From Lingula anatina (taxonomy: Eukaryota; Animalia; Brachiopoda): a stretch of 64,000 nucleotides of DNA. This document shows, in pieces, positions 24,598-37,229 of the stretch (the first letter of the stretch is position 1; each line of letters opens with the position of its first letter). Position numbers and translations under genes: made by a program. The stretch lies in NCBI GenBank assembly GCA_051362555.1, contig CM120641.1:35532401-35596400 (forward strand). Direction: 5' to 3'. Below the pieces are notes generated by a model, which had not been told where the DNA came from, ran no database searches, and was given only the letters and a program-made list of their open reading frames with translations.

Positions 24598-25907
24598 GAG
24601 GGAGGGTGAAGATAGTGCCCACATTCTATGTGCCCCCCAACCCCGTGCCCACCACGACGACCAGAACCACAAACACTTATACAACACCAGTATTGACCTG
24701 AGTGCGCTATTGTTAAATGTGTGGCAAAATAGCAATTTGAACTGACGCAGTCGTCCTTGATATTAACCTGTCCATTGCGTAAATAACTTTACTTAGGTAC
24801 AGTGTAGGTAGCACAAACGCATTCCGCAAATGTTTATATAATAACATTTTAAAAAGTACCGAAAATGTTTTTCTCACTTTTATTCATTTGGGCTGAAAAA
24901 TATTTTAAAACATCACGTTAAAACATTCCTTAGAAGGTTATAATGGCATCGATTCGTAACATCTTCAAAATGTCTTTTTTTCTGGCTCATATTTGTGTAA
25001 TTAAGTTATAGTCTAGGAATAAAAACATATTTCATTAATTATCTTGCTAATTGTTTTAAAACACACTGTTTGCTTTTAAGGGGTTATGCCAGGGTACGTT
25101 TTACCCTTAACCAGGGCCACAGATTGATTTTTCACTAGATTATCACAGATACTCAGTAGTTTGGCTGGCTAATTTTGTGCACTGTGCTCTGTCCAGTAAT
25201 AATTTTCGCACAAAATTAACGTTATCACTCAACTGGTCACTGGCAGTGAGTATAGGTTCCTTTTGCTTTTAGCTTTATACGTACCTTAACATCTAAAATT
25301 GATAGCCATCTTTACATTCAAAAACAACCTAGAGATGACCGTTGGACCGTCCCGAGTTCAAAAGACGACCCCGCCGAGTTAATGATTTAATTATAAGCAA
25401 TTTACTTTTGGCGCGCAACCGGCGCGCAAACTAGCAGCACTGAATCCGCGTAAGAGACATTATCTCTATCATCTACAAACACATTCTCTTCCCTGCTTTT
25501 TGGTAAATACCAACACTTATTTGTCAAAATTTTTGCTATGGTTACAGGTGTAACAGGAATGGTAGTCCGCTGGGAACCGTAATCCGTCTCCCATTACTTT
25601 GTACAGGTGACAGACGTCCCTCAATACTCCGACTAACCCATACCTGTACTAATCATATGGGACCCCGGACTTCCATTCCTATTTTTTTCTATAGGAGTAC
25701 AATTTTCGTCACACCGGTTTCTCATTGAGCTAAAATGAACCCTGTCCACTATCGCAACGCCATGTTCCCCCGTTGTGGGGCATGGACAAAATGTTCAGAG
25801 AGAAGTCCATCGCATCATAATTGTCTCTCATTATTTAAAGTTATGTAATGATTATCACTTGCGCCACTACACTAGTTTCATCTTCTGACGAAATCCACCT
25901 CTTGTAG

Positions 25908-28325
25908 GCCTTGTTCATATTCTCCATGAGGAAATATTGCATTGTGGGCAAGCGAGTCCTTGTTTTATCGAATCTCTTGTAGCGGTACTACATGTAAGAA
26001 CCATGCCTCGGTTTACGTGCTGTGTCTCCCACTGCGATAATAACAATACGCGAGAAAGACACTTTGAAATATGTTTAGGCTGTATTCCCAGAGCTTTTAG
26101 ATCGATCTATCCTCGCGGGGAGTCTCACTAGATTACTGTCAGATAATCCGGCTTAAATGTCCGTCCCGCCTACTACAAGCTGTAAGGGGGTAATTAACTT
26201 TCGTGTCCGCTCGGCTGACAGCTATTTAGCGTGAACCCCCAGGGAGTTAGGTCGATCTAAAGTAGATCGATCTAATCTCTGGAAATGGGGTCTTAGTTCC
26301 TAACAGACCCGTCAGAATGAAAAATATCGGTAGACTACATCGGTAGAGGCGGAAAGAAAGGGAAGTTTGGCAGGTTTGGACCAAGAACGGGGGACCGCGT
26401 TTGCGCCAAACATGTCGAAGGCCGGAAGAAAATCTATAATATTAGACGACCAACGATATTTAAATGAAAAAAAAAGGTAATTTAAATGGGGTTACTTTGG
26501 CAAGACAAAATTGCATGTCAGTGAAAATGAAATTTCTAAAAATGTAAAAAGAGACAACGGATATCACGATGACCATTCTTAATGTAAGCAGTATTCATAC
26601 CCTAACGAACTGCTTAAATGTGATAAAAACTTGGATCATTTATTAAATGGAGGTAAGAAGTGCACGGTCTTCAAAGAGATTTTTCAGAGAAATTGAAGAA
26701 TCTTAAGTGATAGAGGGCCGATTTGCAACGGGCAAAAATGAAAACCAGGGGGAAATGATGTGTCGAAAGAACATTATAAAGATCTGAAGAAAATAGTTGT
26801 AGAAAATTAAAAGAAAGATAACACTTTCAGCATGAAGTTATGGAATAAGATACGAGAGCCTGTTAAGTTTTACACAGGGTTTGCTACTTATGATGAATTC
26901 AAGAAATTTCATGACTTCTTGTATCCAGGAAGTACGGATGTATACTATTTGGGTTCAAATTACCGAGACAGCGACACAAGAAGAGAAAAATACACCCGGC
27001 TCAGAATTCATGTTGAACGGTTATCGGCAAAATTAAAAACTATCATTCATTGAATTATGCATTTCTGAACTCAATGGCGAGTGAATTGTATAAGATATTG
27101 GTTTTATGTTTCTTTTTTTAGTTAATGCACAAAGCGTTTTTTTCAGATGAAGTGTTAAAAATTGTGATATGCCAGCGTCTTGGCCAGAAAGTGACAATCG
27201 ACTGAAGAAACTAGGATATCTGAAGCTCATGCAACAAGACTATATGTTCATATTTTATTTAATTTATTGTTACAGTTTAACTGTGCCATCATTGGTGCCG
27301 TCAATCACAGTTCCGGTACAAGAGATGATTGTTAGGAAAGATTTCTCGGAATGTTAACTCACAAAGCACTATCACAATTTCTGGCGTATACTTTAAGGAT
27401 GTTGTAATCCTTTTTAATCATCCAGATACTGAAAATGAGTTTTTCCTGCATCTAATAATTCAATAACGCATTTATCTTTGTGCTGATCTAAAACAATGAA
27501 AAATCCCTCGAAAATATAAAATATCAGCGTTTATATTTTTTCGTTGCAATGTATAAGCATAGGCAACTCAAAGCTTTATAGTCAATTTAACGCCTTTCTG
27601 TTTTGAGGTGAGAAAGCAATCGGTATGGAATGTAACTTCATCCCTGAACAAGATTTTATCATGGAAATTGGACATTTAAGAAAATTTTCTGGCAGTGTTT
27701 TGGAGAACTAAATGGTGTCATTAAATCGGTGTTGAAATGGTTATCGTGGATGATCAGGTAAAAGAGAAATTTGAGAAACCAATTTTTCAGTTTCTGCCCC
27801 CAAATCGCAATTATGACGTCACCCGTAAGATGACATATGTGTAAATGTTAAAGAACACTGAAGATTTATTTCTTACCCAAAAGGATGTATGTAAGGCAGT
27901 AGATAAGGAGTTTGGGACGAAGGGTGACAATAACCTTAAATGATATAGCACAAAGTTGCAACAAAATGACCGTCACAGTTGTGTTAACAACACGGATATA
28001 TGGTAAAGACACTAGATGGATCATGAATATAATCTAGACATATATTTGAAAGGTATTACAAATATTTTTTGTATTAAAGTATGGAAATATGTCTTTTTTC
28101 TCTCTTAAAATTTTACAAAGTATAAAATACATGTATTTGGAAATCACTTTATCTGATTACTTTTATTATATATGATTGAAAACGATAAAAAACCCTGAAA
28201 ACATTTAAACATCAAATAACTTGCAGTATTTCTTTAGTTTTGTTTTGGTCTGACGGACTTTGTTTCAGTCTGACAGAATTTTCACACTTGTCAGACCGAA
28301 TGACATTTATTACCTGTGCCTAAAT
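25908..28325 (+). mobile_element. Decayed ISL2EU/PIF-Harbinger-type element with THAP domain (copy 1, 3'-truncated)
   Basis: MPRFTCCVSHCDNN (THAP start, ~26003), RVCAKH (~26396), VKFYTGFATYDEFKKFHDFL and RIHVER (DDE_Tnp_4-type motifs, 26832-27053); frameshifted, with most of the DDE domain deleted; inverted homolog at 35141-36412. Confidence 0.75.
26078..26292. mobile_element. Harbinger-type MITE, family A, nested in the THAP coding relic
   Basis: TIRs ggctgtattccc...ggaaatggggtc, TTA duplication. Confidence 0.85.
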
Positions 28326-28330
28326 ATCTG

Positions 28331-30500
28331 ACACGCCTCCTCGAGTAGCAAGGGAATACTAACTAATTAACTAGCTACTCAAGTGCACAGAAATATCAGA
28401 CTCGAATCCAGGAGGATACTGTCAAGCTTGGAGGTCATCTCAAGGGTAGAGGTGCATATGTGCCATCCTTTTCGCGAAACGTATCCTTTCCTTGAAACGA
28501 AGCTTTCTTCTAGGTCACAAGCTACAGTATCAAACGACAGTTGGTGTTTCAAAACACTAACAAGACGTGCTTATGTTAATAGAGTGTCCCATTAGGTAAT
28601 TTCGTTACCCGTGAACGCCACTTTTTATTTCCCGAGATGAGTGAAAAAGTTCTTAAGTAAAACGACTCTTCTCTCCCTCAGAGAGGTGAGATTGCTAGCC
28701 TGTAGGGCATCCTTGTAAGTATAAAATGGGTAAATAATTCTAAGAGCTCTCCTTTGAACAGATTCTAAGCATTCACATTGTTCAGCTGTAAGACCAGGCC
28801 CCCACACAGGGCATGCATATTCTAGGACTGATCTAATTATTGATTGATATATAACTATTAGATCCTCAGTGGCCAGATTTGCCCTTTTCAACTGCCTTAG
28901 ATAAAAAAGCTTGGCACAAGACTTTGAATAAATTAACTGCACATGTTCTGTCCACTTGAGATCAGGGGTCAGAGTTACTCCTAGTAGCTTAAATTTACTC
29001 ACTTTTTCTACAATTTCTCCATCTACCAATAGTGTTGGAATGATATCTATACATTTGGTAAAGTTAAAATCCATACATTTTGTCTTCTTTACATTTAATT
29101 TCATATTGTTATTTCTAACCCAATTTTCAAGTTGCTCTATTGCCTGTGGAAGTAGTGATTTTTGGCCAAACTGACAAAGTTCATAAATAGATGTATCATC
29201 AACAAATTTTATATCTGGGCAGCAGGTTTTTAGATCATTTATCATTGCTATAAACAGGATTGGACCTAACTTTGTCCCCTGAGGTACCCCTCCGTTAAGC
29301 TGGACCCAGTCAGATTTACACTGACCACATTTCACTCTCTGATATCTTTGGCATAAAAAGGAGAAAATCCACTTCCTAATAAACTCTGGAATCCCTTGAC
29401 TGCCCAGTTTTTCAATTAAGATGCTGTGGTCTACTCTGTCAAATGCCTTTGAAAAATCTAAAAATAAAACTTGTGAATAAGATTTGGTTTTAGCAGATGG
29501 TTCGAGACCTAGTATTTTGTGAGTCAGCTCTACTAGGGCGTGGGTAGTAGAGCTATTTTTGACTACTCCAAATTGGGACTTATCGATTTGCAGGCTACTC
29601 ATCACCCATTTTGCCACAAATGACTCCAATATTTTACTCAACACTGGTGTAAGCGATATTGGTCTAAGATCAGCCTCTATCACTTTTGGTTGGTTAACTT
29701 TTGGGACGGGGATTACCTCTGCAGATTTCCAAGTGTCAGGTACATATCCCTCTCTGATAGAGCTATTAAAAATTGCGCACAAGGGCTTAGAAAGAAAGCC
29801 TGCAAAATCTCTAATGACCCAATTTGGAATTTGGTCAGTACCTTTAGCCTTTGAGAGCTTAACATCAGAGAGAAGTTTTTCGACATCATTTACGCTAATA
29901 GTAAACTCATCTGGTACTACATAGTTCTGTTGGCCATTTTCAGCCGGTGTAAGAGGAGTCAAATTGCTACTAACACTTTGAAAAAATTCGTTGATCTTTT
30001 TTACTAGAACCTGGTAATTACCATTTGATGTGCTATCAGCAAGTGACTCTAATGAACATTTATTGTTATTCAAACCTGCTAGCTCTTTGGATTTCTTCCA
30101 CCAAGTGGAAGAGTCAGACTGTTTTAGTGATTCGATTTTCAAATCACATTATCAGTGAGATATGAATACACTTTTATTTCCCGTGAATTGTAAATAAAAC
30201 GATATCAGAAATTGAATTCTACCCAAAACAGACGTGACATCAACATATACTGTAGCTGTTTACATGTACTTATATATTCTTGTTTGGCTCAACAATATCA
30301 GCAGATATTGCCTTGATGAAATCTGGGGGGATTGAACGGTTTTCACACTAAAACGCCAACAAATGGAAGAGCGTGATGAGATTCTTGTAAATACGCCTTT
30401 ACTATGTAACTTTTAAAAACTACATATGTTATCATGGATGATTCACGTTGCCTAAAGCGCTTCACACAGGTCAGGTTGATCTAACACTTAGAAATGGTCT
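28331..30500 (+). pseudogene. Duplicated SMS 3' fragment (exon 10 relic, U12 intron, exon 11 copy, 3'UTR), interrupted by a LINE
   Basis: gcatatgtgccatccttttcgcgaaac|gtatcctttc (~28454-28490) copies SMS exon 10 end with a +1 frameshift and lost acceptor; cag|atattgccttgatgaaatctggggggattga (30302-30335) copies exon 11; 3'UTR similarity continues to ~30470. Confidence 0.85.
28625..30142 (-). mobile_element. Non-LTR retrotransposon (CR1/L2-group LINE) reverse transcriptase fragment, uninterrupted 505-codon frame
   Basis: RT motifs LRPISLTPVLSKILE, QFG, FLDFSKAFDRVDH, GVPQGTKLGP, KFVDD, LNVKKTK, KLLGV, LEYACPVW, LESVQRRA; no endonuclease domain and no 3' tail. Confidence 0.92.
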
Positions 30501-30856
30501 TTTGCAACAAATACAGAATCTTCATTTTACATTTTGAGGAAATCGATGTTCAGAAATGTCGCATTAATTAAAATTATTGTGTTGGTAGTTAGTGAGTTAG
30601 TTCTCGCTTTATGAATACAGTTATAATGATATATGATATTTACAGTAATCTTAGAATACAATACAATACAAGTGACTGCCGTTATACGTGTACATGTAGT
30701 TTGTAACAGTACGCTGCTTAAGGATAGTCCCAATATGGATCGTCGCCTTTAAGCTTATATCTCCGTTAAAATTGACCCCTAATCTCCCATACAACGTGCA
30801 CATGAATGAGACCTAAAGCAGCATTAAAAAACGAAAGACGTACATATATAATAATA

Positions 30857-32419
30857 TCAATCAGTTTTGTCCCTCTTCCTTAACTGAGGTTGTACTTTGA
30901 AAACATGACTGCACAACATTTTGGAACAAAAGATAAGAAAGATAAAAACACATACTACAACCATAAATAGGAAGATTATTACGTCTAGCAATAAATACTG
31001 GTACCAGCTAAGTCTCTCCATCGCCTGAGAATGGAAATGCAACGTTCCATTGTTTCTGATAACATACTCAACCCAGTACATCAGTGTTTCCTTTCCGTCC
31101 ATCGGCTGGTCACGAACCATAGCTGCTGCACGCTTAGCGTTGGCAAAATAGCTAGGGTTATTCAGAACCTTCAATATAACTGCAGAGAAAGTAGATCTTG
31201 TTATATTGTAGAAGTCCAACTTCTCCCCCATTCCAAGACGTTCAACAAACTTTGTTGCGTGGCTAAATTGATCTACAAACAGGGGTACAGCAACAACAGG
31301 GACCCCATGATATAGCGCCTCGTGTGAACCACTAATTCCGCAGTGAGTGATGAAGAGACGCGCTTTTGCATGACCAACAAGGTCATTTTGTGGTATCCAA
31401 TTCATAACTTTCGTGTTATTTGCCAATCCAGAAATATCAGAATTATTGTTTCGCCATATAATCTTCTGCGGAAGTTGTGCAAAAACCCTGGCTATTATTT
31501 CTGCTTTTTCTGGCGTAAGTTCGGCTACCATCGACCCAAAACTCATGATAATGATGCCGTGTTCTCCCGAAGATTCCACGAACTCTTCCAAATCTTTAGA
31601 TAGGGGTTTTGCAGGGTGGAAAAGGATACCCGACACCGTTTTTACCCAAGGGTAAACGGGGCGGGGATAGTCAAAAGCAAAATCTACGTTAACTATCAGT
31701 ATAGACAATCTGGTATAAGCTGTCGTAATTGGCAAGGACTTGTTGAGGTTGTATTTTTCTTTTGCATCATTAAAAGGAGCCGTGACATAGTACTTAAAAA
31801 ATACAGTCATCGTTAACATCAATGTGTTCATTAATCTCTCCCAAAAACTCATATGATCCGAGTATCCTGTAATAATATTTGGCATGTAGGCAGGGTGTTC
31901 AGGATATACCGTCCAGTCGCCATCGAATCCCAAATTAGAATACCCGACTCCCGGGATGTTTAAATAATCCCTCAATACTAAACTCTCTGTAGCAATTATG
32001 TCATAAAACAGGAGGTCAAACTTTTTAGAAATCAGAGTATCTAGTAGCTCTTTGTTCCCAAAAAGTGCATCCAACGTGCCCCTGCTTTTCTCAACCAATT
32101 TCATGACGAGAGGAAAGGGGTTTTTGTGGACATCGGTAAGAAGTTCTTCACTGGAAAATGACAAAGTTTCATAGTCTACCTTGACAGTTAAGACCATTAT
32201 CCCCTCGGGTATATCCTTAAGATTAATATCGGTCGTGATCAACATGCTTACGCTGTGGTTTCTCGCTGCCATCATTTGCCCAATCTTCATAATGTTTCGG
32301 AAACGGGAGTTGTACATTTGAGAGTATGGATACAGCAGAATCTTAGCGCCGATGGCTCCGCCGTAGAGGCTGATGAAGGCACCGACGAGCAATAGAAAAC
32401 ACAAGTGCATCACCGCCAT
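30857..32419 (-). CDS. UDP-glycosyltransferase (UGT2-like), intronless, copy 2, 520 aa
   Basis: ATG at 32419 matches the copy 1 start; same length (1563 nt) and UGT signature; 21 aa differences counted from the two translations. Confidence 0.96.
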   Translation of the reverse strand: MAVMHLCFLLLVGAFISLYGGAIGAKILLYPYSQMYNSRFRNIMKIGQMMAARNHSVSMLITTDINLKDIPEGIMVLTVKVDYETLSFSSEELLTDVHKNPFPLVMKLVEKSRGTLDALFGNKELLDTLISKKFDLLFYDIIATESLVLRDYLNIPGVGYSNLGFDGDWTVYPEHPAYMPNIITGYSDHMSFWERLMNTLMLTMTVFFKYYVTAPFNDAKEKYNLNKSLPITTAYTRLSILIVNVDFAFDYPRPVYPWVKTVSGILFHPAKPLSKDLEEFVESSGEHGIIIMSFGSMVAELTPEKAEIIARVFAQLPQKIIWRNNNSDISGLANNTKVMNWIPQNDLVGHAKARLFITHCGISGSHEALYHGVPVVAVPLFVDQFSHATKFVERLGMGEKLDFYNITRSTFSAVILKVLNNPSYFANAKRAAAMVRDQPMDGKETLMYWVEYVIRNNGTLHFHSQAMERLSWYQYLLLDVIIFLFMVVVCVFIFLIFCSKMLCSHVFKVQPQLRKRDKTD

Positions 32420-32916
32420 TTGAGTAGACTGCGTCACGCAGCGAGGTATCAGAGGTATTTTGTTTCTTCCCTGCTTTCGAACGGACTTTTTATAAGCTTC
32501 AGCGTAGCTTGAATGTGCACTATTGTTATGGGTCACGGGTACAAAGTCTAAAAACCACTGTGCTAATATTATTCAATGATACTGTGGAAAGCACATTGGA
32601 AGCTACGGGTAGGCCTACAACCGGCGTAAAAAGAGCATTGGCCGGTTGTCCTTTTTACCTAGAAATGAATGTCCAGGGTCCAACATAAAGGTTAGGGTTA
32701 GTGGGAAATATCGGACTTAGTATGTGATGTCGGCGTGTAACGTGTGCAGGTGTAACAGGAATGGAAGTCCGCTAGGAACCGAGGTCCGTACCCCATTACT
32801 TTGAAAAGGTGACATGCGCCCCATATACTAACCGTAATTACTCCGACCAGGGAATTATATCCGATATAATTCCCTGCTCCGACTAACCCTAACCTGCTGG
32901 AGGCCTACTTAGCGTA

Positions 32917-33808
32917 GGGGAGACCGGGGCTAGTTGGACCCCGGGGTAAGTTGGCCCCCCGTCAATTTATGAAAAAGTAAATACGAGGTAAAAAAATTGG
33001 CCACATACTCTTGCAAAGTGACCGTAGCCTACAATGCTAAGGAAGTGTCGGACGTTAAAAAGTTTTACTTAAGCGGTGAGTCGAAATAAACGATTTTTGC
33101 ACCTAAAAGTAATTTTGTTTAAGAGATTTAAAAATCTATTTTCATAGGCTTTTGATCGAATATAAGATATGTATAGGGCATCAAACTGAAGCTCATTGTT
33201 TCAAGTTTCACAGAGATGTATCATCGTTGCTCATTCTAGCACCATAAATGGCTACCATCCTTTAAAATAAATAATGTGCACGCGGGGCTAGTTGCCCCCC
33301 TTGACTCGGGGGAAGGTGGACCCTCATATTACCCACAAACCTTTGCGCGCAACGCTGTTTGAAATAAACAAGTTGGTAGATTGACAAAGCTTGCCTATTA
33401 CCGTGTGATTGATTTTTTTAAAATTTTCTCTCTGGTGTCTTTTTGAAAATTTATATTATAATTTATATTATAAATTTTCTGTTGATTGTAAGTATTAAAA
33501 AGCAAACCCATTGGACTTTCTGTAGAAAAACATTTATTTTGCCTTAATTCGTTGTAAGGGGATTTCCTTTGTATTTATAGTGTTATATGTGGCCCCAAGG
33601 GAATTTTCCACCCCTCCCTAGCTAGAGACCATTGTTGAAACAAACTCAATGGTTTAAAACTGAATTTGTTACTTTCTTTTAAAAAGAAAATTTATTATTC
33701 GTTTTCATTCTTTAAAAACCTTCTTTATACCATTATTTATTTATTCTTAATTAAAACAAAACACATTTTATTGATAGATATTTTGGTTCTTGCAACACAT
33801 ACCCTCCC

Positions 33809-33848
<40 letters not shown>

Positions 33849-34249
33849 CAACGTGACATACGGAAACCTCAATAAATCTACCTCATTGGAACTGTTTATT
33901 CATCAAAGACTCTCAAAAATCAATTAAATAAATTAAAATTTTATAAAAATGTATTTCAAGGCGTTTACATGGGATATATAGGCCTACTTCATTTTCGTAT
34001 AGGGGGGCCAACTTGCCACAACCCTGGGGCAAACTTGCCCCATGGCGGGGCAAGTTGGCCCCCTGACGTCAACTGCGTTTTTTGTCAAATTGTGAGCCAC
34101 CTGGCGTTATATTTGAAAAATAATGACATTGCATACGTAGCTTAGTTCATGGGGCTTACTTTGAAACCGGTTTTGTTACTCTAACCCACTCCTAGTTGGC
34201 TCTACAAGGCCAAAAGTGTTTAACTGGGCCAACTAGCCCCGGTCTCCCC
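32917..34249. mobile_element. Non-autonomous TA-targeting DNA transposon (~1.3 kb)
   Basis: Perfect TIR ggggagaccggggctagttgg / ccaactagccccggtctcccc with TA on both sides; internal repeats of gggg(c/t)aagttggcccc; no ORF. Confidence 0.85.
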
Positions 34250-34252
34250 TAT

Positions 34253-36412
34253 TAACCTTTTTCATCTTTTGCGGAAATACGAAGTGGGCATGACAGGAAC
34301 CGCGCGCCACAGGGGTCATAGTGGTCCTCTGCTGTTTCCAGCATGGCAATGCTAGGTGTAGATGATGTACAAGGTGCGCATATAAAAAGGTCGTATGAAG
34401 CGTGCATTGCTTTCTGTCAAATTAAAAAAGGTGGCTGAAGCACAGAAATGCGTAAACTGTAGGCAAGAAACAGCTATTTGGACGGAGAATCAAGCAATTA
34501 AATATTTTCTTTCTCAGTTTAAATACGATGCGCTTTACAAATAGACTTCACGTAAGCGTCCGAGCATTGGCTGTACTTTCAATAGTGATGACGAACTAAA
34601 GCTTCGGAGTTCTTTTAAATGCTTCCGATAATAAAGATATGCGAAAGAGACTCGTTTTTTATTATATATAAAATCAAAATAGCCAGTAGACTCGTACACA
34701 GCTTTCAAGAGTGTGGACAGGTGGGCAGGCCTACGTCTTCACAATTTTGTACATGTATGTATGCAAGCTGTGGCGATATCACCTCATGTACCGGCAGTGT
34801 CAATTCATTACGATTTTTATGTCTTGTTTGAAGGATATCTTAAGAGATTTTTAAAGTGATAAAATGAAAAGATTTCCTGCATTGTTTGACTCGTAGCTAC
34901 TGTGTATACAGGTAAAACTGACACGCAGATCGTTCGTCGGTGAACTGATTAAATCGTTTGGTACCTGATAAGGCATCAGGTGTTACTTGTTCAATTGTTC
35001 GGTAAGGCGGGCGGCCACAACTACGACCTTTCCTCTGTAATTAAAACCTTTTAAGTGTTAAATAGGTGAGACAGGAATTCTCGAATCTTTCCCAGACGAT
35101 AATTAAAGTTTACCGTGTCTTACTCTAGTATATGTACCAAATTTAGGACAGGTAAAAAATGTCAGCCTTTCGGTCTGACAAGTATGAAAATTTTGTCAAA
35201 CTGAAACAAAAACAAAATTATAGCAAGAGGCCAAATTATTTGATTTTTAAATGTTTTCATGCGTATTTTCATCGTTTTCAATCACAGCCAATTAAATCAT
35301 TCAAATAAAGTGTTTCCCACACATTTCATACTTTTCAACTATCTAAGACAGTTAAATATACGTAGGCCTACTTTAATACTAAGCATATTTGTATTACTTT
35401 ACAAATACGTTGTTGGATTATGTTTATTATCCATTTTGTCTTTACCATACATGTATTATGTACGTGTAGCTTACAGAAAGGCTTTTCTGCATTTTTTGTA
35501 TTTTCCAATTCTCTTGTCATTGAGTTCAGAAATAAATAACTTTTTATTTCGCCGATAACGCGTTCAACATGAGCCGATGAACTTTCTTCTTCGTATGTCT
35601 CTGTTGATCTTGATAATATGAGCCCCATTAAATATTTGTACAAATCAGTAATACGTATACGGGACTGAATACATAATAATAAAAATTTTATTAACGTCTC
35701 ACGTTAAAAAAAAAATAGAACCCAACCTGCTAAGGGTTATTAGAGACTAAAACCTGTGATGGGCCTACAACATTTAAAATGATCACTTATCAATAAAACA
35801 CACACAAAAAGGATATTACATACAAAACTTTTCAAACCTTCTCTTTGTTGTTACACAAAAAGTCGTGAAAGTTCTTGAATTTTTTGTAATTAGAATCCCC
35901 GTGTAAAACTTCACAGCTTTTACTTTCTTTTTCCATAATCTCATGCTTGAAGTCTTTTCTTAATTTTTAGGCCCCGGCCTATTCTTCAATTTTTTCTTCA
36001 AATCTTTATAATGTTTTTTTTCTCGCATTTTCTACCCCCGAGTTCTATTTGCCGATAGTTCGTTATATCCGTTGTTTAACTAAGCATTTCTGTTTTTTAT
36101 TAAAGCACCGTTGATCTCCTAATATTATAGTTTTTCTTCCCGCCTTCGAAATGTTCAGCGCAAACGCGGTGCCCTGCTTTTGATCCAAACCTGCTATTTT
36201 ATATTTTCCTTTCTTTCTACCATATTTTTCATTCTAACGGGTTTGTTGGGAACTTATTAAACCTCATGTATCGATCTCGCTTACTGTTATTGTAGTAGCG
36301 GGACAAAAAGCACGCCATGGTTTTTAGCACCGCTGTAAGTGCATGTTTCGACGTAGCAGGGCTCCCCTACCCACAATGCAATTTTAATTTCCGGAAAAGA
36401 TGAAAAAGGCTA
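34253..36412 (-). mobile_element. Decayed ISL2EU/PIF-Harbinger-type element (copy 2, both TIRs present)
   Basis: TIR pair taacctttttcatcttttgcggaaa / tttccggaaaagatgaaaaaggcta; minus strand carries VKFYTG and AHVERVIGEIKSY relics homologous to copy 1; plus strand ~34425-34480 reads KRWLKHRNA*TVGKKQL, a SAP-like relic of a second convergent ORF. Confidence 0.7.
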
Positions 36413-37014
36413 ATAGGACCCTGGAGTTCCATTCCTAGGACTACCATTCCTGTTACACCGGCAGCGGGAGTTTAAAGAATATACGGGCAGAGATAAAGTG
36501 CCCATCTCTGGTAACCCAGCCGGAGAGCAGCCTGAGCTACCGTTCTGGTCGGGGGGCAGACATTCTGTCCTAGTGCAGGTTTCCTTCTGCCGCCGCTGCA
36601 GGATCGGAGAATTTCTGTCACTGGTTAGCAGGATGGGACACACACACACACACACGCACACACGTGTACGCGCGCGCGCGTTAATAAGGAGACTCAGGGA
36701 TTAGGTGTTAGTCGGAGATTGGTTGAAATACCGGGTAGTCGTGAGTTTGTCGAGCTGTAGTTGATTAGGAACAAGTTGGAATCAGGTCTCTAGAGCAATT
36801 CCAGTAACTTGCCTTCAGTAGTCTGTCCAGATACAGAATTCGAGATGTAGGCTAGGCCTACAGTTAGAAGGGCCGATTCCAAAAATACAAAGTTAGACAA
36901 CTTTACTTATTTTGTGTTGTGCGATTTATAATTTATAAAGTATTCGTGCAGTATAATCACCAGTTTTTTTCAAATATAGGCCTAATCTACTCAATGCCGC
37001 GAGGAGACGTGTTA

Positions 37015-37229
37015 CACCCGATTTCCATAGATTAGATCGACCTACTTTAGATCGACCTAACTCCCTGGGGGTTCACGCTAAATAGCTGTCAGTCGGGCGG
37101 ACACGAAAGTTAATTACCCCCTTCCAGCTTGTAGTAGGCGGGACGGACATTTAAGTCGGATTATCTGAAAGTAATCTAGTGAGACTCCCCGCGGGGATAG
37201 ATCGATCTAAAATCTATGGGAATAGAGCC
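37015..37229. mobile_element. Harbinger-type MITE, family A
   Basis: TIRs and TTA duplication; reverse orientation relative to the 26078 copy. Confidence 0.85.

Noticed and set aside
25282-25400. taccttaac branch-like site as the SMS U12 acceptor, which would nest UGT copy 1 in SMS
   Set aside because: The downstream peptide has no SMS similarity; the exon at 22042-22072 fits much better.
32420-32536. 39-aa N-terminal extension of UGT copy 2
   Set aside because: Starts at GTG, is absent from copy 1 and precedes the signal peptide; it is 5'UTR or promoter.
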